Source: Vicinamibacterales bacterium
GTDB lineage: Bacteria > Acidobacteriota > Vicinamibacteria > Vicinamibacterales > UBA8438
Direction: 5' to 3'
Length of the DNA stretch: 64,000 bases
Assembly: GCA_965218825.1 (NCBI GenBank)
Contig: OZ244656.1
Coordinates: 4,765,038-4,829,037 of the forward strand
The first letter of the stretch is position 1, and the number at the start of each line of letters is the position of its first letter. Position numbers and translations under genes: made by a program. Positions 9,215-19,118 of this stretch are shown here, piece after piece. The notes under the pieces were generated by a model that was not told where the DNA came from, did not search any database, and worked only from the letters and a program-made list of their open reading frames with translations.

Positions 9215-9626
9215 GTTTCCTAAAGAATTCGGCGATTCTGGCCTCTGTCGCGCGACCGGGGGCGAAGGTCAAGGCGAAGAAAGTGACCGGTCAGGCTCGA
9301 AGATTGGCTGACTGAAGTACGCCGAGCGCCACCCCCGCGCTTCTCAACGGCCTGCGCCGATGGCATGGTGTGACGTCGTGGAGCCCTGGACGCTACGTGC
9401 GTGCCGGATCGAGCTGGGCCAGTCGCAGGCGGCGTTCGCGGCGATGCTCGGCGTGTCACCCGAGTCCTATCCGGAGCGCTCGACGACACATCTGGGCTTG
9501 CATCCAGGCGAGCCGTACTCGATACTTCTCAGCCCGCAGTTACTCCATCCGGTCGTCGAAGGTGTGACTCCCTCGGCGACCCTGCTGGCCAGTCGGACGG
9601 AAATCGAGCGTCAGACACACGTATCT

Positions 9627-10766
9627 ATGCCCGAGGGACCGCGCAACCCACCGCCCCGGCCGACCACCCGAAAGCGGGTGCGCTACGTCCGGCATCTCGA
9701 CCAGATCGAGCAGCTGACGGCCGACGAACGGAAACGGCTGAAACCGGTTGCGGATGAGTATGTGTTCAGGGCCAACGACTACTACCTCGGGCTGATCGAT
9801 TGGAGCGATGCCGAGGATCCGATACGCCAGCTGATCATCCCGCGCGACGAGGAGCTCGTTGACTGGGGGCGGCTCGATGCCAGCAACGAGGCGAGCGTCA
9901 CCGTCGCGCGCGGCGTCCAGCACAAGTACACCGACACCGTGCTCTTGCTGTGCAACGAGGTGTGCGGGGCCTACTGCCGCTACTGCTTCCGCAAGCGGCT
10001 GTTCATGGACGAGAACGACGAGGTCACGAACGACATCAGCGACGGCCTCCGCTACATCGCCGACCATCCCGAGGTCACCAATGTCCTGTTGACCGGTGGC
10101 GACCCCCTGCTGATGAGCACGCGACGTCTCGTCGACATCTTCAAAGCGCTCAGGGCCATTCCGCATGTCCGGATCATCCGGCTCGGCTCCAAAATGCCGG
10201 CATTCGACCCATGGCGTGTGCTCGGCGACGAGGAGCTGCAGGCCGCGTTCCAGAAGTACTCCACGCCCGAGCACCGCATCTACTTGATGGCCCACTTCGA
10301 TCATCCACGTGAGCTGACCGACGTGGCCATCGAGGGCATCGATGCGTGCATCAGAAACGGCGTCGTCTGCGTCAACCAATGCCCGCTGATCAAGGGCATC
10401 AACGACGACCCGTATGTCCTCGCCGAGTTGTACGCGACCTTGTCCTACATCGGCTGCCCGCCCTATTACCTGTTCCAGGGACGCCCGACCGCCGGGAACG
10501 AGCCGTACGAAGTGCCAATCGTGCGCGGCTGGGAGATCTTCCAGCAGGCGCTCCGGCAGGGATCGGGTTTGGCGCGACGCGCTCGCTACTGCATGTCGCA
10601 CGAGACCGGCAAAGTCGAGATCATGGCAGTCGACGAGGAGCGGATTTATCTCCGCTATCACCAGGCGAAGGATCTGGACGACCTCGGCCGCTTCCTCATC
10701 CGCCGCCGCGACGACGAGGCCTACTGGCTCGACCAGCTCGTCCCGGCCGAGCCGGTCCTGGCGTAG
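9627..10766 (+). CDS. KamA-family radical SAM aminomutase (lysine 2,3-aminomutase-like)
   Basis: CNEVCGAYCRYCFRKR (CxxxCxxC), LLTGGDPL and PYYLFQGRPTAGNEPYEVP. The start is taken at ATG 9627. The upstream part of ORF 9360 looks like an XRE HTH remnant. Confidence 0.85.
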   Translation: MPEGPRNPPPRPTTRKRVRYVRHLDQIEQLTADERKRLKPVADEYVFRANDYYLGLIDWSDAEDPIRQLIIPRDEELVDWGRLDASNEASVTVARGVQHKYTDTVLLLCNEVCGAYCRYCFRKRLFMDENDEVTNDISDGLRYIADHPEVTNVLLTGGDPLLMSTRRLVDIFKALRAIPHVRIIRLGSKMPAFDPWRVLGDEELQAAFQKYSTPEHRIYLMAHFDHPRELTDVAIEGIDACIRNGVVCVNQCPLIKGINDDPYVLAELYATLSYIGCPPYYLFQGRPTAGNEPYEVPIVRGWEIFQQALRQGSGLARRARYCMSHETGKVEIMAVDEERIYLRYHQAKDLDDLGRFLIRRRDDEAYWLDQLVPAEPVLA

Positions 10767-10820
10767 TCGTGCATACCCGAGCGCCCGGCACGCGGCCCAT
10801 TGGTCGTCGCGCGGTCCTGC

Positions 10821-10898
10821 GCGGCGCGGCGAGCCTCTCGCTGGTACTGCCGCTCCGCGCCGGCGCGGCAAGCCTCTCGCTGGCGCTGCCGCTTCGCG
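10821..10898. repeat. 39-bp tandem direct repeat, 2 units
   Basis: gcggcgcggcgagcctctcgctggtactgccgctccgcg is followed by ccggcgcggcaagcctctcgctggcgctgccgcttcgcg (34/39 identical). Confidence 0.7.
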
Positions 10899-11297
10899 CG
10901 ATCGCACAGGAACCCGACCCCACACAGACGCGGCCGCAGCCACACGACCGCTTCGTCTTCGCGCTCGGGGCGCGCGCGAGCCAGGTGGTCGCGCCGGATG
11001 ATGTCGTCTTGGGCGAGCCACAGCTGTTCGCCTACCCTATGGACCCGACGACCGCGGTCGTCCGCGGCGCAGCCGGTCGCGCTCGCGCTCCAGCCGGTCA
11101 CGCTCGTGTTCCAACCGGGCACGCTCGCGTTTCGTCCGCTCCAGGTCCCGCCGCAACCGATCGTTTTGTCGTTCAAGCTCACCGACGGGGTCGGAGCGAT
11201 CCGGCACATCGAGGTTATGCTAGATTCCGGCACATTGTACAAGTCAAGAATGTTCGGTATGGAGGGTCAGACCCGGTAACCAGTTACCGCTAGGACT

Positions 11298-11370
11298 CTA
11301 TCGGGAGTGACCCGGCGCACCAGCGCCCGAGCCGCAGCACGGAGTCGACCCGCCGGGTCACTTTCGATAG
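11298..11370. repeat. 20-bp imperfect inverted repeat (hairpin), candidate oriT-type structure
   Basis: ctatcgggagtgacccggcg (11298-11317) pairs with cgccggtcactttcgatag-type arm cgccgggtcactttcgatag (11351-11370), 18/20 complementary. It lies about 250 bp upstream of the MobC/relaxase remnants. Confidence 0.3.
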
Positions 11371-11519
11371 AGCCGTTTGAATGAGGTCGCCGACGCGGCG
11401 GGCGCGGGGCCGCCTATGGGTGTTGCATGGCCGGTAGACCTGCGCGTCTACCAGAGCCCAACGGGAGGCGACGTGCGGGACCTGCTGGGCGCCCTCAATG
11501 CGGGACGGGAGCAGGACCC

Positions 11520-11622
11520 ATGCTGACCCTCATCATCGACGTGCTTGTGACCTCGGGGCTCCTCTACGCTCTGGCGACAGCGCTGCCCGGCGTACGCCTG
11601 AAGTCGTTCGGCACCGCGTTAG
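11520..11622 (+). pseudogene. phage_holin_4-like membrane protein, N-terminal fragment
   Basis: MLTLIIDVLVTSGLLYALATALPGVRLKSFGTAL resembles the start of the PF04020 family. It is cut after about 34 aa. Confidence 0.35.
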
Positions 11623-11790
11623 CGCACCCGGCAGATCGCGCGCATCGGCTCGAACCTGAACCAGATCGCGCGCTGGGCGCACACCCACCTGGACGATGAC
11701 CTCGCGGCCGTCGAGGTCCTCGCCCACCTGGTCGCCATCGAGCGCGAGCTGGCGCAGCTGCGCGTGCGGGGCGCGGGCGATGCTGATTAA
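11623..11790 (+). pseudogene. MobC-like mobilisation protein, C-terminal fragment
   Basis: ARIGSNLNQIARWAH...LAHLVAIERELAQL carries the MobC signature IGxNLNQIAR. The ORF opens directly after a stop at 11620-11622. Confidence 0.5.
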
Positions 11791-11870
11791 GTTCATCGCG
11801 CCGGGGACAGGCTCGGCTCAGGGCGCGGCCGACTACCTGACGCGCAGGCATCGTCGGACAATTGCCGGAT
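11780..11870 (+). pseudogene. MobA/VirD2-type relaxase, N-terminal fragment
   Basis: MLIKFIAPGTGSAQGAADYLTRR is a typical relaxase start and overlaps the MobC stop. Homology is lost after about 25 aa. Confidence 0.45.
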
Positions 11871-11911
11871 TGGAGTGCGCGCAGAGCTGCTGTCAAGATC
11901 GGTACGTGCGG

Positions 11912-12217
11912 ATGACATCAATGGATCAGACTTACGAGCAGGTGCTAAGGTACATGGAAGAGTCGGTCCACACGTTGGCCAAGAACCTTCCCGGCCCTGA
12001 TCGCATCACCACGAAGAATGGGTTTGTATTCCGCTACGTGGAAAAATCTATTTCACAAGCGATTGTTCAGAAACTTGCGCGCTTGGTCAGTACCCTACAT
12101 GCAACACGCCTTGTCTTGAACCATGGGTTCGTTCAGGAGGTCGGTGCCCTCAAGAGGATGCTCGATGAGATTCAAGAGGACATCTTGTTTCTACTGAGTG
12201 GCAGCAACAAATTAACC
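11912..12217 (+). pseudogene. 5' fragment of an unassigned lower-GC gene, truncated by IS copy A
   Basis: MTSMDQTYEQVLRYMEESVHTLAKNL...MLDEIQEDILFLLSG runs straight into the IS inverted repeat at 12218. Confidence 0.4.
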
Positions 12218-13563
12218 TGTGGGTGGCGAATTCGTAGGAATCCGACATCGTTCGATCTTCGGGTCCCGTGAGCCGGGAGTCCCCCGCGAAGTTGTCGCGA
12301 TGGCATGAGTAAGGCGTGCAGCTGACGCACTGCCCTGCTGTGTCGCGATAGACGTCGAACGCGGGCGCGTCGACCCGCTCGCCACCGTCTTCGCTGGTCA
12401 GATGTCACGCCGCGATCGGCGTCTGATAGAGACCACGGCAATGCGCGTCCCAGCGGTAGCGGTCGAGCCGTGCGACATCCTTTCGTATCGGGACGGGCGT
12501 CCGCCCGTCCAACGACGCATGGGCCCGATGCGCATTGTAGAAGTCCTGGAAGGCCACCAGTTTGTCTTCCAGGTCCGACGCAGACCAGAACAGCAGTTGA
12601 TCCACGCATTCTCGTCGCAGCGTGCCGATCAACCGTTCGACAAACGGATGCGACAGCGGCACAGACGGCACACTCTTCACCTCGGTCACCTGCAGCACCC
12701 GCAGGTTGGCGCACCATTGGTGAAACCGATACAGCGGGTCGTGGTCGGAGCTGAGGCGCTTCGGACGCGAGAGCCCTCGAATCGCATGGTTGAACATGCG
12801 GCACAGGGCGCGGCCATCCACGGTTCCAGCATGGATGCCAAAGCCGACGATCCGCCGCGTGTCTTGGTCCATCACCACCAGCACCCAATGGCTTCGCAGG
12901 GTCGCCGACTCGCACCGGAACAGGTCGATGCTCCACAGGCTATCTTTCGCATGCCCCAGGAATGTCAGCCAGGACGGACCACCCGAGCGGGGTGCCGGTC
13001 GATAGTGCGTGGCGAGCACTCGGCGCACCACGTCCTTGTCGCTGTCGACCGCACAGGCGAGCGCGATCTGTTGGGCGATCCGCGGACAGCCCCACCTGGG
13101 GTTGCGCCGCTTCATGTCGACGATGGCGTCGACCAGTGCTTTGGACGGTCCTTGGGGGCCGGTGCGACGGCGCGTGGGTGAAAACAGCCAGCGGTACTTG
13201 CGGGTGCGCAGAGCCCGATGGAACTCCAGGATCGTCGACGGTCTCAGCACGATCGCTGAGCGAATCACCCGGGCCGGGCGCATGAACAGTGCACACACGC
13301 CGGCGAGGATCCGATCCGACGCGCAGAGATTCGGCGCCCGGTGCCGCGAGCGATTCAGAATGAGCAGTTGCTGCTTGACCAAGACCGATTCAGCCACGAC
13401 AGACCGCAGGCCGCCGGGGCCCATCAGCCGGGCCAGGGTGGCGATCAGGTGCACCAGCAGGATGATCGGGTCGCGCATCGGAACATCCTAGCGACCACTC
13501 CCAGGATCACCAAACTTGATAATCTCAACGGATTGCGGGCTGAGTAGTAATTCGCCACCCACA
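12218..13563 (-). mobile_element. IS481-like element (rve transposase), copy A, full length
   Basis: Terminal inverted repeats TGTGGGTGGCGAATT at 12218 and, reverse-complemented, at 13563. About 95% identical to copy C by eye. No matching target duplication. Confidence 0.8.
12405..13478 (-). CDS. IS481-like transposase (integrase core domain)
   Basis: 357 aa with WSIDLFRCES, VVMDQDTRRIVGF, LSSDHDPLY, RECVDQLLFW and FYNAHRAHASLDGRTP (DDE/rve). Confidence 0.85.
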   Translation of the reverse strand: MRDPIILLVHLIATLARLMGPGGLRSVVAESVLVKQQLLILNRSRHRAPNLCASDRILAGVCALFMRPARVIRSAIVLRPSTILEFHRALRTRKYRWLFSPTRRRTGPQGPSKALVDAIVDMKRRNPRWGCPRIAQQIALACAVDSDKDVVRRVLATHYRPAPRSGGPSWLTFLGHAKDSLWSIDLFRCESATLRSHWVLVVMDQDTRRIVGFGIHAGTVDGRALCRMFNHAIRGLSRPKRLSSDHDPLYRFHQWCANLRVLQVTEVKSVPSVPLSHPFVERLIGTLRRECVDQLLFWSASDLEDKLVAFQDFYNAHRAHASLDGRTPVPIRKDVARLDRYRWDAHCRGLYQTPIAA

Positions 13564-13965
13564 CGGCGAGGGTCTCAGCCGGCGACGGTGGGAACGGCGG
13601 CGTACAGTCTCCGAGCAAGCCGAGGGGCAGGAGGTCGATCGCCGCACGGACATCTGGTCGTCCCCGATCTGGCACGTCCCCGACTATTGTTCCCCGAGCC
13701 CGATTCTTTCCGACTCTCTCACTGGGAAACCTCCCCGGGGATCTTTCCTAGTTCCTCCTGTGGCGCGTCCATATTTTTGGATGATGCCGATCTATTCGTT
13801 TGGATCACAGAGGTGGCACGCTAAGGAACGCGGGAAAAAGTCTAGGGAATGCGCACGGAGTTCTAGCGAGTCAGTTAAAATCCACGAGGTCTGATTCTTG
13901 CTTGCAATTTCACAGCAGTTCAGCGACGTTTCGCGTCGTCGTCACCTTGGTTGGGGAGAATCATC

Positions 13966-16900
13966 ATGAGGAAGTCAGTACTCATCATCCTCGCAGTCAT
14001 GCTCATCCCGACTGCAGCTCTCGCCCAGAGCTCGATCGCGGGCGAGGTCACCGACAACACGGGCGGCGTCCTGCCGGGCGTCACCGTGGAAGCCAGTAGC
14101 CCGGTGCTGATCGAGGGAAGCCGCATTGCAGTCACCGACGGAGCGGGCCGATACACCATCGTCAACCTGCGGCCGGGGACCTATACCGTCACGATGACGC
14201 TCCCGGGCTTCTCGACACTTATTCAGGAAGAGATCGCTCTACCGTCCAACTTCACGCAGACCGTCAACGGGCAGTTGGCGGTCGGCGGTGTCGAAGAGAC
14301 CGTCACCGTCACCGGCGAATCGCCGGTGGTCGACGTGCAAAACGCCGGCAAAAACGAGGTCATCACGCGTGAGGTCTTCGACGCGCTGCCGACACCGCGC
14401 AACGTTCAGGGGATCGCCTTTTTCGCGCAGGGCGTGCGAATGAGCCGGCCCGACGTCGGCGGCACCGAGGCGATGACCGAGGTGAAGATGATCTCGCACG
14501 GCGCCAACGTGGGTCATCAAACCTACCTCGTCGACGGGATGAACGCCACCTCGGGCATGACCGACAACAAGACCAACGTCCATCACAACCAGGCGCTGGC
14601 GGCGGAGATTTCGCTCGGCACCTCGGGCGCCCCGGCCGAAGTGCAGGCGGGCGGCGCCCGCGTGAACCTGATCCCGAGAGACGGCGGCAACGCCTTCAGC
14701 GGGTCATTCTTCGGCAGCATGAGCGACGGTTCGTGGCAGGCGGACAACCTCGACAGCGACCTGATGGGCCGAGGTGTGGATACGGTCGATGCCCTCAGTA
14801 ACTACTACGATTTCAACCCGTCGGTCGGTGGTCCGATCATCCGGGACAAGCTGTGGTACTTCGGCGGGTATCGCGACCTCTCCGTCGATGCGCTGAAGCT
14901 CGAACGATTCCAGCCCAACGCGTGGACACCGAGCGAGCTGGTTGGCCGGCAGGGAGTCCAGGCGCAGTACCTCAAAACCGCGTATCTCCGCCTGACCGCC
15001 CAGGTGTCATCCAACACCAAGATGAGCGCGTCCCTGGATCGGCATTTCAAGTGGCGGGGGCGGAGTCTGGGTTCCACGGGGTCCGAGAACCCGCCACGTA
15101 GAGAGCCGGTGCTCGCCGCGGGGACCCGCAACCCGAAAAACGAGAACTACCACGTGGGCCAGGCGAAGTCGACGACCACCCTCACCAACCGCATGCTGCT
15201 GGAGGTCGGCTACTCACAAGTTCGGCAGACGGTGTCCAACCGGAACCAGCCCAACGTCCCGGTCACGTATGAAATCGGGGCGGGCAGGAACCTGTTCCCG
15301 GATCAGCCGTCCGACCTGATCACCTGCGTCGTGACGCCGTGCTACCACCCGCTCGGCTACGACCAGACGCGGCCGTATTTCACCGATGGCGTGGAGCACT
15401 GGGACTTCATCAGGCGGGAATCGAACAACGGATTCGGCCGCACGGATATCATCTCGCCCGCCATGCGGTGGACGCCGATGGTCGCGCTCTCGTATGTCAC
15501 CGGGTCACACAACTTCAGGGCCGGGGTCCAGTTCGGGATGGGGATGTCTGGTCGGATGACGTTTACGAACGCGGGTTTGCGGCAGGAATACCGCGACGGC
15601 GTGCCCGACCGCGTGCGAGTGGCGAACTCACCGTCCATCTTCAGCACGTTCGCTCGCGACACCGGCATCTTTGTGCAGGACACCTGGACGCGTAACCGGT
15701 TGACCGTCAACGCCGGCATCCGGATCGATTCGTTCCGCTCGCAGAACAACCTCTGGAAGGCCGGTGGCGGCGCGACGTTCGGGCGGTTCATTCCGGTCCG
15801 GGTGTTCGCCGACGACGACATCAAGCCGTTCTGGAACGACATCTCGCCGCGACTCGGCGTGGTGTACGACCTGTTCGGCGATGCGCGGACGGCGGTGAAG
15901 TTCTCGGTGAGCCGGTTCGTGCTTCCTCACGTGCACGGGTTCGCCCGGCCGTACCATCCGATCGCCACCAGACGCGAAAACCGTGACTGGTTCGACTGCG
16001 TGCTCAATCCGGCAATCCACACCGCCGGGGCGTTCGGCAGCACGGCCGACTGCGCGACCGCCGCGCAGCTCACGGGCGCCGGGCTGAGCCCCGACTACAT
16101 GCTCACGAACGGCGACAACATCGCGCAAGACCACGAGATCGGCCTGCTCTCAAACGCCGCCGTCTTCAACGATTCGGGCACACTCCCGAGGGCCGGCCGT
16201 CGGCCGGATCCGAACATCCAACGGGAAAACAACTGGGAATACAGCGCGAGCATCCAGCACGAGGTCGCCCCGGGCGTCTCGGTCACGGCGGCCTACTACC
16301 GCCGGGTCTTCTACGACCTCAAAGTCGCGACGAACGTGGCCCTCACGAACTGTGACTTTCTGAATGCGAGCGCGGGCGTGATGTGCGGATCGTGGATGCC
16401 GTTCAACGTCACGTTCACCGATCCGTTGGGTTTGTACCCCGAAGCGGCGGGCGACACGTTCCTCGGGTTCAACCTTGACCCGGCGCAGCGCACACTGCGC
16501 GACACCGTCGACGGCTCGGAAACCATCAACACGAGCAACTACAACGCTTTCGAGCTTTCGTTCAACGCCCGGCTGCCAAACGGCGGGACGGCGTTCGGGG
16601 GCTGGACGGCGGCACGGAACGTCCAGAACACCTGCGGCCTCCAAAACCCGAACGGTGTGAATACGACGAACTTCACCGATGGCGAGCTTAGGTTGCTCCA
16701 GGGCGGCCGCTTCTGCGACCAGGGCGCACTCGGGATGCCGTTCCGCAACGACTTCAAGTTCTTCGCGGTGTATCCGCTGCCGGGCGACGTCTTCATCTCG
16801 GGTGGGCTCCAGGCGTACTCGGGGATCGAGAAGGAAATCCGGTGGAACATTCCGGCCAGCCTGTTTCCAAACGGACAGCGGACGTCAAGCACGACGGTCA

Positions 16901-17133
16901 AGCTCGATCAGCCGGGCACCTCCTATGCCGAGTACTGGACGCAAGTCGACGTCCAAGTCCGGAAGGTCTTCCGGATCGGGAGGTTCGACTATTCGGGACA
17001 GATGGAGGTCTACAATCTGTTCAACAACAACACGGTCAGCAGGCAGAACTTCAACTACGGCTCTTCGTTGTTCAGGCCGTCGCGGATTCTCCAGGGTCGG
17101 ATTCTGCGGCTCGCCGTACAGGCCCACTGGTAG
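13966..17133 (+). CDS. TonB-dependent receptor with N-terminal carboxypeptidase-regulatory-like domain
   Basis: Signal peptide MRKSVLIILAVMLIPTAALAQ. GEVTDNTGGVLPGVTVEA...GRYTIVNLRPGTYTVTMTLPGF is CarboxypepD_reg, followed by a long beta-barrel region ending in an aromatic residue. Confidence 0.85.
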   Translation: MRKSVLIILAVMLIPTAALAQSSIAGEVTDNTGGVLPGVTVEASSPVLIEGSRIAVTDGAGRYTIVNLRPGTYTVTMTLPGFSTLIQEEIALPSNFTQTVNGQLAVGGVEETVTVTGESPVVDVQNAGKNEVITREVFDALPTPRNVQGIAFFAQGVRMSRPDVGGTEAMTEVKMISHGANVGHQTYLVDGMNATSGMTDNKTNVHHNQALAAEISLGTSGAPAEVQAGGARVNLIPRDGGNAFSGSFFGSMSDGSWQADNLDSDLMGRGVDTVDALSNYYDFNPSVGGPIIRDKLWYFGGYRDLSVDALKLERFQPNAWTPSELVGRQGVQAQYLKTAYLRLTAQVSSNTKMSASLDRHFKWRGRSLGSTGSENPPRREPVLAAGTRNPKNENYHVGQAKSTTTLTNRMLLEVGYSQVRQTVSNRNQPNVPVTYEIGAGRNLFPDQPSDLITCVVTPCYHPLGYDQTRPYFTDGVEHWDFIRRESNNGFGRTDIISPAMRWTPMVALSYVTGSHNFRAGVQFGMGMSGRMTFTNAGLRQEYRDGVPDRVRVANSPSIFSTFARDTGIFVQDTWTRNRLTVNAGIRIDSFRSQNNLWKAGGGATFGRFIPVRVFADDDIKPFWNDISPRLGVVYDLFGDARTAVKFSVSRFVLPHVHGFARPYHPIATRRENRDWFDCVLNPAIHTAGAFGSTADCATAAQLTGAGLSPDYMLTNGDNIAQDHEIGLLSNAAVFNDSGTLPRAGRRPDPNIQRENNWEYSASIQHEVAPGVSVTAAYYRRVFYDLKVATNVALTNCDFLNASAGVMCGSWMPFNVTFTDPLGLYPEAAGDTFLGFNLDPAQRTLRDTVDGSETINTSNYNAFELSFNARLPNGGTAFGGWTAARNVQNTCGLQNPNGVNTTNFTDGELRLLQGGRFCDQGALGMPFRNDFKFFAVYPLPGDVFISGGLQAYSGIEKEIRWNIPASLFPNGQRTSSTTVKLDQPGTSYAEYWTQVDVQVRKVFRIGRFDYSGQMEVYNLFNNNTVSRQNFNYGSSLFRPSRILQGRILRLAVQAHW

Positions 17134-17305
17134 ACTGCTGCAGGTCGACTTTTCTGGGGCCGGTGGGGATTTCCCCACCGGCCAGTGATCTGGACCGGCT
17201 GGGCCGGATCCAGCGGTCAGCGCGGGTACCTGCCAGCTTCAAGGGCCATACGCGTCGATGCGGCGGTGGGGAGGAGCCGGCGGTTCAGAGAGGAAGGACT
17301 GCGTT

Positions 17306-18628
17306 GTGCGTCTGAGATCGAGTATTTGGACTCTGCTGTCATTGGCCCTCTGGCTACCCTCAGCCGTCACCATGGCTGGCGAAAAAACGAACGTCATCCT
17401 CATCATGGCGGACGACATCGGCTACGAGGCCTATGGAGCTTTCGGCGGAACCTCCTACCAGACCCCCGTCCTAGACAGAATGGCTGCAGAGGGAATGCTC
17501 TTCAACCACGCCTATTCCAACCCGGTCTGCACGCCAAGCCGCGTAAAGATCATGACCGGGCTCAGCAACGTTCGGAACTATGTCTCGTTTTCCATCTTGA
17601 AGAAGACCGAGAAGACATTCGGCCACATGATGCAGGACGCGGGCTATCGAACCGCCATCGCCGGCAAGTGGCAGTTGTATGGGGCCGAAAATTACGAGGA
17701 CATGATTCGGGCCAAGGGATCACTGCCACAGGACACGGGGTTCGATCGCCATGCCCTCTGGCAGGTCGAAAAAACAGGCAGCCGGTACTGGGGTCCCACC
17801 ATCACCATCGACGGCGAGTTGAAACGTTTCGGCGAGGACGTCTATGGACCGGACATCTATACGCAATTTCTGCTCGATCGCATGGAAGAGTACAAGGACG
17901 AACCCTTTTTCCTGTATTACCCCATGGCGCTGGTCCACTGGCCCTTTGACCCCACACCGGATAGCGCCGACCGGAACAGCACAGACCAGCAACAGAACTT
18001 TGCGGACATGGTGGCCTATATGGACAAGCTCATCGGCCGCATCGTTGACAAGGCCGAGGAACTCGGAATCGCCGACCGAACGCTCATCCTCATGACCGGT
18101 GATAACGGCACCTACCGCGGAGGTAATCCGGCTCATAATCACGGCAAGCCCATCCTGTCAAGAATAGGTAATAAGGTGATTGTCGGTGGAAAGGGAAAAT
18201 CCACCGATGCCGGAACCCGGGTGGGTCTGTTTGCCTACCAACCTGGCACCGTTCCCGCTGGCAAAGTTTCAAACGATCTGGTCGATTTCTCCGACTTCGT
18301 ACCCACCATTGCCGACGCAACAGGCGCCAATCCCTTGCTGCCAACGGACGGACAGAGTTTCTTTCCCCAATTGCATGGGAAGCGCGGGAATCCTCGGGAA
18401 ACCATATACGTCTATAACTGGCCACAGCCGGCCAAGGGGCAACCGCGGGCGTTCGTGCGCAACCAACGCTGGAAATTGCACAGCGATGGCCAATTATTTG
18501 ACGTGAAGAACGATGTGCTGGAAGAGCGGCCCGTGACCGGTCCGAAGAGCGCGGCCATTCGGAACCAGCTACAGGCAGCCATGGATCGAATGCCAGGCAG
18601 AGGCCAGACGCTCTTAAAATTCGATTGA
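17306..18628 (+). CDS. sulfatase (arylsulfatase A family)
   Basis: NVILIMADDIGYEAYGAFG and the formylglycine motif CTPSRVKIMTG. GTG 17306 follows AGAGGAAGGA. A signal peptide is present. Confidence 0.85.
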   Translation: MRLRSSIWTLLSLALWLPSAVTMAGEKTNVILIMADDIGYEAYGAFGGTSYQTPVLDRMAAEGMLFNHAYSNPVCTPSRVKIMTGLSNVRNYVSFSILKKTEKTFGHMMQDAGYRTAIAGKWQLYGAENYEDMIRAKGSLPQDTGFDRHALWQVEKTGSRYWGPTITIDGELKRFGEDVYGPDIYTQFLLDRMEEYKDEPFFLYYPMALVHWPFDPTPDSADRNSTDQQQNFADMVAYMDKLIGRIVDKAEELGIADRTLILMTGDNGTYRGGNPAHNHGKPILSRIGNKVIVGGKGKSTDAGTRVGLFAYQPGTVPAGKVSNDLVDFSDFVPTIADATGANPLLPTDGQSFFPQLHGKRGNPRETIYVYNWPQPAKGQPRAFVRNQRWKLHSDGQLFDVKNDVLEERPVTGPKSAAIRNQLQAAMDRMPGRGQTLLKFD

Positions 18629-18659
18629 GGAAGATGACCCCACGAAGATAGAGGACCCC

Positions 18660-19007
18660 ATGAAGGTGACAGACATCCAGCCACGTGACCCTCGCCTCTG
18701 CACCGCTCACAACCGCGCTGGAGCGCTCTGCGGCAAGTTTGCGATGGTTGGTGGGACCGTCTGCGCGATGCATGGCGGCAAGTCCAAGCAGGCGTTAGCC
18801 AAGGCGGCGGCGGCTGTCGAGCTGGCTGAGTTACGCCTGCGGAACTTGGCACCACGTGCGGTCAGTGAGCTTGAAACCCTTGTCACCAGTGCCGACTCGG
18901 AACAGGTGCGCCTTCAGGCTGCGAATTCGTTGGTTGATCGGTCGGTCGGGCGAGCCACCGAACGCGTCCAGGTCCAGGCCCAGATCGTCGTCAAACGGCC
19001 CTGGTAA
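18660..19007 (+). CDS. hypothetical protein with Cys/HGG motif (phage-associated type)
   Basis: CTAHNRAGALCGKFAMVGGTVCAMHGGKS resembles small phage/plasmid HGG-motif proteins. No assignable function. Confidence 0.4.
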   Translation: MKVTDIQPRDPRLCTAHNRAGALCGKFAMVGGTVCAMHGGKSKQALAKAAAAVELAELRLRNLAPRAVSELETLVTSADSEQVRLQAANSLVDRSVGRATERVQVQAQIVVKRPW

Positions 19008-19118
19008 TGGGGCGGGTGCGCCTCGGTGGCCTGCTCCCTTCTATTATCGAGACGCCGCATGAGTGGTCGGCCCATTAACTGCACCATACGCGGTCAGAGT
19101 TTGGCTACAATCGGCCCC

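Noticed and set aside
10821-10898. Possible CRISPR array
   Set aside because: There are only two directly adjacent 39-bp units with no spacers. No cas genes are present in the window.
9540-11021. 493-aa minus-strand ORF
   Set aside because: It is antisense to the well-supported KamA gene. The Arg/Ala/Gly/Pro-rich composition is typical of spurious ORFs in GC-rich DNA, and no motifs are present.
13564-13965. Cobalamin or other riboswitch upstream of the TonB-dependent receptor
   Set aside because: GGTGGGAA occurs near 13585, but no B12 box or the other conserved cobalamin-riboswitch segments are visible. The region is also truncated by the IS end.
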